Part shown: positions 37,882 to 49,300 of the stretch, one piece after another
Layout: each line of letters begins with the position of its first letter
Numbering within the stretch: position 1 is the stretch's first letter
NCBI GenBank assembly: GCA_904063045.1
Contig: CAJFCJ010000025.1
Coordinates: 868,001-932,000, forward strand
DNA: 64,000 nt
Reading direction: 5' to 3'
DNA from: Dimorphilus gyrociliatus
Taxonomy: Eukaryota; Animalia; Annelida
Made by a program: the position numbers and the translations under genes
Notes under the pieces: generated by a model
Database searches by the model: none
Told to the model about the DNA's origin: nothing
What the model saw: only the letters and a program-made list of their open reading frames with translations

Positions 37882-40800
37882 TTATTTCTTTTTCGTTTTG
37901 GTGTCCTCTTCACTCGATTCTTCTTCGCTGGATTCCTCTTCGCTAGATTCTTCTTCGCTAGACTCTTCTTCGCTACTAGATTCCTTTGTTTCCTTCTTAC
38001 TGGAGGCTTCTTTTTTTGTTTCCTATTTTAGTCGTTTATAAAAGTTTTAAAGAAATAAGGAAAAGATATTATTTAGGTCAGAGTTTATCATACTTTTTTA
38101 TCCTCTTCTTCTTCGCTCGATTCTTCCTCTTCGCTTGATTCTTCTTCTTCGCTGCTAGACTTCTCTACTTTTTTCGCCTTAGTTTTATCATCTTTTTCAT
38201 CTTCAGAAGATTCTTCATCGCTTTCAGACTCTTCACTGCTACTTTCTTCTTTGCTCTCTGATTTAATGGCTGATGTATCCTTGTTATCTTTTCCTTTCTG
38301 AAATTCGTACATATGTTACATATTAGCCCTAACATATACTGTATAAAATATAATGTTTTTCAAGGAAAAGATAGAATTTAACTAACCTTTTCATCAATCT
38401 TTTCTTCCTCAGACTCTGAGTCTGATTCCTCTGAACTCTCCTCGCTTTCACTTTCATTTTTCTGAAGATATAAATGAAACTATTATATGCTGTATAATTA
38501 TTTCTATTGTATATATAATTATATATTGTAATTAACCCTATCAATTTCTTTCTTTTTTTCTTTAGGATCATCTTCACTTTCAGAACTTTCCTCGGAGCTT
38601 TCCTCTTCTTCCTCAGAACTGCTTTCTTTAACTACCGTTTTCTTCTTTTCCTGTAAATTTGCCATAGATTCTTTTTATGCTTGATGCGAAAAAAATTTTA
38701 ATGATGTAGGCTTATTGATTCTCTATCAATTTATAATAAGTCAGGTGTGCTAATTAAGGAATCATTTTAGTCTTAAACAATTTTCAGGGGAAAACTTTTG
38801 GCAGAACGAATGAAAATCTAATTTTAAATTAATGAAAAATTGCTACAAAGTGGAAACAACACTATAACTAATTATAGTTTCTTAATAAATACCTCTTTTA
38901 CTACTGCTGCTTTTTCGTCTTCACTTTCTTCTTCACTTTCCTCGCTGGATTCCTCTGAAGATTCTTTCTTAACTGGTTTCTTCTTTTCTTCTTCGGATTC
39001 TTCTGACGAAGACTCTTCTGTAGATTCCTCTTCAGACTCGTCAGAACTCTCCTGTTTCTTAGCTGGCTTAGTCTACAGAGAATAATATTTGAGTTATTTC
39101 TACGATCTATACAAAAAGCGTTACCTGTGCTTCGGTTTTAGTCTTTTCTTCCTCTTCCTCGCTTGATTCTTCTTCGCTGGACTCTTCTTCCGACGAAGAC
39201 GATTCTTTTCCTTTCCTCCCTTCTTTAACGTTTTTCGGCGAAGACTATCATGTTTACATACAATAACATATACTATGATGAACAATTATATAGATAATTT
39301 ACTTTTTTCTTGTCTTGTTCACTTTCTGCACTCTCTTCACTGCTTTCTTCGGAAGACTCTTCCTCCGAGGATGTTTCTTTTCTCTTTTCTACTGTTTTAA
39401 TCTCATTCTTTTTGGTCTAAAAAAATTATAAAGGGATTATGTGACAATCTTTTTCCGATAAGTAGGTACACAAGTTTAATACAATTAACTAACTTTAGTT
39501 TTCTCCTCTTCATCTTCACTCTCTTCACTCGTTTCACTCTCTTCTTCAGAGGAAGATTCTTTTTTCTTTTCCTTCTTTTTAGTTTCTTCCTTTTTAGCCT
39601 AAAATATTCAATTTAAAGGGCAAAATTATTTCTGATGTATATCTATAATTGGATGATTGCACTTTAGATTTACTGTCTTCATCTTCACTTTCCTCACTGC
39701 TTTCTTCCTCTTCTGAAGATTCTTCCTCGGAAGAAGACTCTTTTTTCTTTTCCTTCGTTTTAGAACCGTCCCTCTTGGTCTAAGATAATTTGTGAAAATG
39801 ATTTTTTGATTTACTAAAACTATACTATATTCTATAAAAGAATGAACTAACTTTAGACTTTTTCTCTTTCTCTTCCTCAGAAGAAGACTCTTTTTTACTC
39901 CTCGTCTTTTTGGCATCTTTTTTCTATACGGAAGAATAATGTAGAAAATTAATTAGGTTAAAAAAATAAAGGAAAAGAGGGGGAGACTAATGCTTTTAAG
40001 GAGATATCCTCATAAAGTGTATAAAAGAAAAGATAATACTATATTGGAGGGTGATGTTACAAATATCAAATATAAGAATTTTTATTAATAATTTCCTTTA
40101 ATTTTTTGTTATCTTCACTCTCTTCGCTCTCTTCGCTTTCTGAACTCTCTTCGGTACTTCCACTTTCTTCGCTTTCACTTTCTGACGATTTACTTGATTT
40201 CTTCTCTTGTTTTTTATCTTTCTTAGGCTTCTTCTGTCGACAAAGCGAATATAAAGTACTGGTATCCTTAATAAGTTTCCATGAAACTTTTGCTCGTATA
40301 TATGAATATGAGTGCACAGTACTTACAGAACTCTTCTTTTTAGCATCACTCTCGTCACTCTCGTCACTTTCTTCGCTTTCCTCACTCTCTTCGGATTCTG
40401 AGTCTTTATCCTTCTTTTCTTTCTTCTTTTTCTTTTTCTAAAAACGCATTTTTTCACTAGATTGATAAATTTATGAAATTTTACTTTGTCCTTTTCTTCT
40501 TCAGTTTCCTCTTCTTCACTAGAGCTAATTTCAGTAGACTCTTCAGATTCTTCAGATGTTTCCTCCTCTTCCGCTTTCTTTTTCGCTTTCTTTTTCTTTT
40601 TCTACAAGAAAGAGCTAATCGTAAGCTAATTAGAATTTGGAGTATGTCTCTTAATAACCTTTTCAGACTCATCTGATTTTGTGGAGCCTGACTCTGGTAT
40701 AGGTTTACTTTTTTTCTTTTTCTTTTTCTTCTTTTTTATGTGAAAAATGAGAAACTAAAGTTATTATTACTGCGGAAAAAAGAGAAGATTTGGTGGTTTG

Positions 40801-41953
40801 TATATACTTTTTCTGAACTGGACGCCGATTTCACAGAATCAGTTTCATCAGAGGATGACTCCTCTTCTTCGCTGCTTTTCTTGCTCTTCTTTTTCTTTTT
40901 TTTCTAAAAACACATAGAGAAAGAAAATAAAGAGCTTTTTTATTTTTTTTTTGTTTTTGTATTGAGTTATTAACTGTAAATTGTCCGTAATAGCCTATGT
41001 TAAAACATCTGGAAATGACTCGCAAGTACTTTGAAAAGCGCCATCTTTATTTTAGACAAGAAGGTAGAAAGTTTATAAATAGTATATTAAAGTGTTGACT
41101 GTTATAGATATGTACATTTGTAAAATGTAGCTCATACATCTTAAATACAGATATTATAAGGGTAAGAACCTTTTTAGGCGACTGTGAGGCATCGCTTCCA
41201 GATTTCGAATCACCGGATTTTGCATTTGAATCACTGCTATCTTCTTCCTTATTACGAGTAAAATAAATAGAACAATGAGAAGAGAGGCAGAGAAAAATTA
41301 AAGTTGCAAGTAAACTTACAGATGAACTCGAACTACTCGAACTACTCGAACTACTATCTGATATTGTCGCTAAATATTCTACTTCATCTTCTGGTATTTC
41401 TATTTTTAGATGAGAAAATAGCTTCTCCGTCTCGAGAGCATCAAAGAAAGCATCATAATCCTTTAAGAAAGAAAAACGTATTAGTCTTATCAATCTTTAT
41501 CTATAACCAAGAGCTAATTAAATACTCCAATGTAATCTTCATCGTTAAAAACTTGAGGAGGAGCTGTACTTTTACCCTCAGTCGTTGCTTTTTCGATCAT
41601 TCTATCCTTATCGGCTTTTCTCCTGGGATTTGATATATCAATAACTTCATGTTCAATTCCCTTTGATTCCAAGGTCCAGACAATATGATCTTGTTTCTTC
41701 TTTAGCTATTTTATCAGGAAGAGAAAAGGGTCACTAATTAAGCGCAAAATACGATTATTTCTGTATAGTTTTCACAATAATCAATTGAATTCGTCTTTGT
41801 AGTATTTTAAACAAAAGAAAAGAGTCTCTTTTATTATTTCTTTGTGTGTATGTTTCTCTTCTATGTACTAAAAATAAGAATAAATGTTTTGTATATTAAA
41901 TAGCCTACCTGCCAACCACCAGGATTGCTGGAAATATATATCTGTAGAACCAT
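37882..41953 (-). CDS. SH3BGR: SH3BGR-family (thioredoxin-fold) protein with a very long Lys/Ser/Glu-rich C-terminal extension; 19 coding exons, about 739 aa
   Basis: Exons 41953-41909, 41705-41526 and 41460-41320 give MVLQIYISSNPGGWQ-LKKKQDHIVWTLESKGIEHEVIDIS...APPQVFNDEDYIG-DYDAFFDALETEKLFSHL, the SH3BGR signature (cf. MVIRVY..S..IKKKQ...PPQIFN...GDYDAFFEA). Tail exons: 41247-41170, 40903-40808, 40730-40659, 40601-40485, 40437-40327, 40233-40096, 39923-39852, 39779-39663, 39598-39494, 39416-39303, 39244-39125, 39072-38893, 38650-38537, 38461-38387, 38297-38094, 38022-37882. All are multiples of 3 and phase 0. The donor after 40096 is non-canonical. The symbol denotes the family. Confidence 0.85.
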
Positions 41954-42970
41954 TTTCACTATAGATAAAGTCTATTAACGTACTAATTATCCTTTTTAGT
42001 TAATCAAATATCTTCTTATTAAATCATTTCTTCGTTTGTTGAGCAATTTTTGCTAAAAATTATACTAAAAAGTAAGCAAATTTAAAAATAGAATCCTAGA
42101 AATATGCAGACGTACCAGTTGCTGTTGCCCTACTTACGCATGTCGGCTTTTCTCTATATGTTTACACTACTGAAATATAACCGGCCATACCTTTTCCCCA
42201 TTTTACTATCCTAAACTTTTTATCTTAAACTTATTCCAACTCCATTTTCTTTCTATTGACGTACATTTTAGAAAGCTCTCTTTCTTTATTATCATCATTT
42301 TCCCCTCTTTTTAATTTAGTTAATATTAACCTTAATTATGTAAATTCTATGTTCTATATTATTCTCACCAAACTTTTAAGTCTTTAATAGAAAATCTCTT
42401 TTCGATTCGAAAACTAATCACAACTTTTTTCAGGCTGATTCGAACGCCATCTATAGTATAATATATATTTTCATTCTTGCTATAATACAAATTGTATTTG
42501 AGGGTATATTTTCAAGTGTAAAATCAAAATTACATAATATATAATTTATGCATAAAAAAAGAGGGCGGAATAAATGAATAGATAATCGCTACGCACTTGA
42601 ACAAAAATGAAATATTAATGTATTTTTTTCTAAAAATAATGAAATAATGAATACAAAAAATGAACAAGTTTCATCATGAATGAGTGAGGCGGTTCTTATT
42701 AAAAATTGGTAGGTCATGACTATTATTAGGATAGCTATATCAAAAATCTTAAGCAATTTTTCTTTTCACTTCTCTCTCTCTCTCTCTGGTTTGTTGTATT
42801 CTCATTCATATACTATAGATATTCCGGTTTCTTTCACTGTTATTTGGATTAGGGAATATGACCAAAAATTTAACTCTGCAGTAGGTAGATAATTACCAAA
42901 GGTATTGTGGTCAACGTCTCCAGGGACACTTTGATTAAGTCTTGAAAATTGAGTTAATTTAATTTCCTTT

Positions 42971-43008
<38 letters not shown>

Positions 43009-43632
43009 CTTCCTAATACTCTCCACTTACTCTATGACCATTTTTAATGGACCATGAAGAAAGAGGTTGAGATGGAAAGGAAAAAATGGGAAAATCGACC
43101 AAATTTCTTTTTCATATAATATTATCGATATAACTAAATCATTCATTCAGTCTCTGTTTCTTATTATAATTGAACAACGTTTGTTGATTGCGACCCTCTC
43201 TATCATTGGTAGAAGAAGGAAAAGAAGAAAACTTGTGTACTTTCAATCAAGTAGAGAAATGATAGATGGCGCTCTACGTATACACTAGGTATTATACAGT
43301 ATATTACAATGTTAACATGAAGCAAGAATTAATAGAAATCTCAATAATTTGATTGCGAGAAAGTGTATTTTTGTCTAAGCGAAAGAAAAATAAAAGTATA
43401 TGAGATTTGTGCCTTAAAGAAAAAAGAGGAAGAAATTAAAGTATCTCCGCTATAGATTTTCAGTTAATTAACTTAATAAAAGAATCTTTAGACAGTGAAA
43501 ACCGTTAATTGAAATAAATCAGCAAGTAAATTAATTGAATATATTTTCTTGCTTCCTTTAAAGTCATAAAGTCCTCACAAAGCGATTATAACATTAATCT
43601 CTTTATAAAGCTTAATAACAAAAGTCAAAGTT

Positions 43633-44688
43633 TTAAAGGTCTCTATAAACTTTTTCTAAGGAATTACGCTGTTGTAATTTAACAAAAACAATTGCTATAG
43701 AAACTGGAATCTCCCTAGGCCAATATGATAAAATAACTTCCTGTTCACTAATTTCTCTGACAGCATCAAAGTACATAAAAAGAATACAAGCCTTTAAGGG
43801 GATTGAAAGATTTACATTAGTTAAAATATTCTTATATGGTTAATTAATTAGAAAAAATATCAACCTGATAAGATGCTATAACAACGAGTAAGTGCCAAAT
43901 AGCGTGAAGATAAGGAAATCTAATTTGTAACCAAAATTCACAAACGAATTTATCCAACAGCCATACAGACACGGCAAATAACCAAGTTAAAAGACATCTT
44001 TTACCTAAGTCGTTTACTTTTTTAATGCTGCATCTGTAACATAAGAAATATGAAAAAGGTGTGTACACAGGACTAAAAAAGAGAAGCCTCTTAAGGGGCT
44101 GACCTCACTTTTTCAATTGTAAGACAAGGACAACTGTTACGGGAATAGCTACAGCTAAAAGTACAAAGGCATTTATTGCCGGATAAGCGAAAGCTAGAAT
44201 AGAAATTTTTACTCCAGCTGCACCTAAAAAATTTCTAAAATGAGTTTTCTTCATGTTTTTGCAAGGCCAAGGCATAAATTCTCTTGGCCACCATAACGCT
44301 GCAGCCGCTATAAGAACCCATAGTATTGCAATCTCGTCTAATAGTTGACCGGCTAAACTGAGTGTTGCGTGAAAATAGACGCTTCCAATCCCAACTACAG
44401 CCAATAACAACCAAACAACATATACGCCAGATGTCATCTTATTTGCATATTGCCTCGAGAGGAGGCAAAGTATTGGAGGGTAGATAAAAAAGAGAGCGTT
44501 ACTTATCTATTCAATTGAGGAATATTTAAAATGAAGCGTTTTCCCAATAAAGAATAAAGCTTATGATATCATTAAAAGTGACTCACTGTGTTAAAAAATT
44601 CAGCGATATATATGGAAATTTTAAAGTTTTCCTCGCACCAATCCACTTTAGACGTCTGATATTTGAACGATTCAAAAATATTTTCCAT
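43633..44688 (-). CDS. ACER2: Alkaline ceramidase (CREST superfamily; ACER1/ACER2 clade, Drosophila brainwashing-like); exons 44688-44587, 44506-44109, 44033-43865, 43791-43633 (275 aa)
   Basis: VDWCEENF...IAEFFNTISN N-terminal motif, GIGSVYFHATLS and FPYLHAIWH Zn-binding motifs, C-terminal YFDA...YWP. All introns are GT-AG and phase-compatible. The symbol marks the closest vertebrate family member, not proven 1:1 orthology. Confidence 0.93.
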
Positions 44689-45928
44689 TTTTACATAAAA
44701 AGTCATGATTTATTTATATCAAAATCTTGTTAAAAGTAACTATTTTCTATTCTATTTTCTCCCTGGTCAATATATATATTAAATATCTTTAACTGCTTAA
44801 TACGTTGATCAATGTTGAAGATAACGCCCTAACGATAACGAAGATAATATATAATTTATAGACCAATAAAAAAGGACGTTTAGAATTTCGTACAAAAAAA
44901 TATGTACGAAACTTTTAGACGTAAGATAGTTACGTATCGAATCAAATGCTTTTTGATATATACAGTATCAGTAAACTATTTGTAGCTACCCTAAAGAGAT
45001 TTAAAAGACTGATATTGAAGATATCAGGTGCTACCTTTTGGAAGGGTGCGTAAGCATCTATATACAAACGCAGAGATCTATGGAGGGTAGCAGAAGAAGA
45101 ATATATAATCCCATATATTGTGAAGCGGTTGGATAGCTAAAGAGAAGACGTTAAAGCTATATCTTTACAATAAGGGCAGTCAGTCATACTAAATATAAAA
45201 AGCTTTGAAAGTTTTTGATAACATTTTCCATTTATATAAATTATAAAGCGGGTTTCTAAAATGGAGTTAAACTAAATTATTAAAACAATAGAAAATGGCT
45301 ACTTTTGAATTTTATCAAAGAAAAGTCATCATTTTCTCCTAAACAATATTCATTTCTAGATATTAATTATTATAAATAATTATAATTTCAAAGTAATTAT
45401 TCATACACATCTTAATATGTAAAATATCAATATTTTCAATATTTTTAACGTGGCGATAAATAGTCTGTTGATACTGTATATTACACTGAAGAGAAAAAGG
45501 TTAGTAATATCACAAACAGAGAAGAAAGAGTGGAAAAGGGGAGAAAGAAAATAAGAGTGAAATATACTACTATACATATTAGAATATACAAAAAACGAGA
45601 TGACGATAACACAAGTAGAATTATTATTAATATTTTATTAAGAAGGAAACGGAATGAAAATGAAAAGGTCGAAGCGAAAATATAGAAATTTTTTCATATT
45701 TGTTCTTTTAACCTTCTTTTTATTTACATTTTTTTATGTCCTTTCTTTTTACTATTTTTTTTACTGTTCTATCATATAAGAGAGATAGAAAGAAGAGAAG
45801 GAGAGAAAATGAAAGATACATTCACAGATAGATAGATAAATAGATAGATAGACAGACATATAGAGGTATTTATGCATTTAAGACTTTTTTTTAAAGAAAG
45901 AGTGTAGGTTAGGATAAAATTTTGAGAC

Positions 45929-45969
<41 letters not shown>

Positions 45970-46302
45970 GAGAGAAAGAAAGAAAAGGATGAGCTTTAAA
46001 AAATAATAATAATGGAAAAAAACAATTTGCATTCATAGTAAAGTGATCGACATAAATTGTCAAAAACTCCTAATTAACAGTTCTTAAATGATAACGATAA
46101 CAATCGATAATAATCACAATTATAATTATAATAATAAGAATAACAATAATAAAAGTATTTACCGACATTGATAGGAACAGATTTTTTGTTTAACTAAACG
46201 TGTTTTAAGACTATACTAAAAGTTATTCTTTTTATTTTCAAGGTTATATTACAAGCTTTTACGCTGCATAGAAAATCTAACGTTTACTTTCTTCTCTTTT
46301 TC

Positions 46303-46332
46303 CTTCTTCTTCTTCTTCTTCTTCTTCTTCTT
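46303..46332. repeat. (CTT)n microsatellite just downstream of the EGFLAM-like stop codon
   Basis: Direct read. Confidence 0.9.
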
Positions 46333-46342
46333 CCTCTCTGTT

Positions 46343-49300
46343 TTAAGTATAATGATGAATATCGTCCTTTTCACATTTCTTTATATTTCTTCCATCTTTT
46401 GCCTTTCCCAACATATCTAGTGTATCGTCATCGCTGATTTTCAAAAACTTTAAACAACCATTTAATCCTATTGTATATTTTCCTTTTGTCTTCTCTGTTA
46501 TATCTTCCATTCCACCTAAGGAGAAAAAAAACCTCCTTTATACATTTTATACTCAGGATAAATAGATGCGGCAAAAAACATTTCTTTGCGGATTCTCTCC
46601 TCTAGAGACTCTTCACTCAATCAGCGTGCCTAATGACCAGATCTTTCTCACGGCTCTCCTTACTTCTCTTATTTGCGTAGGAGAAACCTAGAAAGTGTGG
46701 GAAGATTACCTATAAAAGTACTTCCGTCAACGTTTAACCGGACGTATTCGTTAGGAACAGTCTTCTCGATGGTTTTACCGCCGTCCACCTCCAACAAACC
46801 CCTCTTATCCTGCCTAAAAATAACAACAACAACATCCAAAAAACACATGAGTTTTGCTTTTTAATTGGATATACTAATGCTTACCTTATTGCTCTCACTT
46901 TGTGCCACTTTTCATCTGATACTTTAAAAGTTTTATCGGTAATAATGGCGTCTCCGTGACCCAAATTAAAAGAAAATTCTACATGACCGCCCCTCACTCC
47001 GATGGCCAAGAAATCGGGTTGAAAGGACAAATTCTGACCTACCCAAAAGATTAGACCATCCGAAAAGTTGGTTTTGAAGCTAAATTCGATTTCTGACACG
47101 GAGTCGGTAAGTCTAGAATAAGGAAAAGAAAATTGGTATTAATTCACGCCCGTTTACTATAGCAAGTACAAATAAATACAATGAATGAACTCTATCGTCA
47201 TTGAGTGAGAGCCAGCTGTTTCCTCTGAAGCTGATAGCATCCTCCTTACCACCAATGTCTGAAATGTAATATTTGATTAAGACGGAAGAAAGAGAAAAGA
47301 GAAAAATATCTCTTTATCCTTTTTAAAGAAATGCCTTACCTCTTCTCGTTCGGACTGGGGAAAAAGCAAGGAAAAAGAGAAAGAAAAGGTCATAATTAGT
47401 AGGAAATCGAATTTGATAAGAGCATTAAAAGACTTACTATCCTCGCAATGGGCGTTTCCAAAACCAAGCAAGCAAGAGCACCTAGGGAAAAATAAAAGGC
47501 GTATGTTGTTTATTTGTATATTTGTATACAGAGAATAGAAAATCTGATAGAAATTACTATAAACTGTATATTGAGATAAGAAAGAAAAAGTCATTTACTG
47601 GTAATTATTCATGTTTGGCACGCAGATTCCTCCATTTCGGCAGGGTCTTTCGTTGCAAATATGCTCACATTCGTGAATGTTAATACCGTAAAGTAATTTC
47701 TCTGTCAACTTTAATGGTTTACCATTGATAACAACCTGGTAGGGGAGGCATAGAAATTAAAATGGGCTGGATTTAGGTATTCAAAGGTTAAAGGTTATTG
47801 GGGTAAATTTTGAATATTATAATTAAAGAAGGAGAGAGAGCTAACTTTTTGTATGCATCCAACGAACGAGACATCAACGCCAGCGAGTGGAGAAACTTCG
47901 TAAAAGTCTCTATGGCCACCGATAAATAAATCTAGTTGTAGAGTTAGCATTGAATAATCTCCCTTAGAATACCCAATAGTTCTCAAATCATTATCCAATT
48001 CCATGGAACCTAATTTTAGCCGCCTATGTAATTTTACTCTGTGCCATTGGTCCATTTCGACGGGTGACCGACTCCTAAGAAAATATTTATTATCTTTAAT
48101 TATCTGTAACTGTTCCCTTTCTGATTAATTACTTTTAAGAAGAGTAATACAATTGAATTAAGTTTATGTACTAGAAATCATTTAACTAAAAATCCACTAT
48201 AAAATGGAATAGAATTTATAATATAAAAGAAGGAAAGAATGAAAAAGAAACCTAATAACTGCTGGACCGGTTCCTAAATCGAATCTGAACTCCAAATATC
48301 CCTTCAATAATGCCAAACTAATAAAATCACCACCGCTAGATGAATAACCATTGTATAAAATTAAGCCATTTCTCTTAGATGGCTTAAAAACAACTTCAAT
48401 ATCAGTTTCCCTGTAAATATCTTTGCCTAGGCCGAAAAATTGGAGATAAGAGTAACCAGTAAATTCTGGTACAGTTGACGTTTTTTCTAAAAATTTCAAT
48501 GAAAAATATCAAATATATTGTTTATGTTGATAGGATAAGTGCTTACTAATTTCGCATCTGTCTCCAACTCTTCCATAAGGACACAGGCATATAGCTCTAT
48601 CCGACGAAATGACTTTACATTTTCCGCCTTGTTCACAGTTGATTGACTTACAAAGATGAGATGTACAGGATCCTATATGATTTGTACATGAATAGAAAAT
48701 CCTATTTGCATATCGTCATTAATTAAATAGCAGAAAAATTAGAGATGGTGCTAAAGAGACAGGACTAAAGGGATAAATTTCCATAAATTTTCACTCCAGT
48801 ACACCCTTTATTCCCATTTGTATTACTTATATTATCGCTATATGTTGTCTAAAGTCATTTTATTTCTAGTTTTTTACTTTCCTTTCTATTTTGTCTACTT
48901 TTCTCTATTAATTTATCAATTTTTAGTGAAAGAATAAAATAAATAACAATAGAGAGAAGGAAAGAAAGAAAGAAGTATGAAGAGGTGAAGTTTGAGAGAC
49001 AGGGGGAGAGAGTGGGTTAATATAAGACAGAGAGAAATGGAAAGAGAGAGAGAGAGAGAGAGAGAGATGAAAACAGAAAGAAAGAAAGGAGAAAAAAGGA
49101 AAGAAAATCTTTCGTGATACGCTACTAAAAAAATTCGTCCGTCGATTAAAAGACTTAGAGTCAAAAGCTTACGAGTTAAGACTGCAGGATTTAGGGCGTC
49201 TCCTTCACTTTTCTATTTTGGTGTTAATATATTGGAATTTTTTTCTAGTAAAGGCCGATTTAAATATATAATAAATCTCATGTCCCTCATTAATTCGTAA

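Noticed and set aside
38840-41633. Plus-strand Ser/Leu/Phe-rich ORFs (38840, 40106, 40473, 41304)
   Set aside because: Antisense shadows of the Glu/Lys/Ser-rich SH3BGR-like exons.
42431-42456. GTTCGAATC B-box-like string suggesting a tRNA or SINE
   Set aside because: No A-box, cloverleaf or acceptor stem around it.
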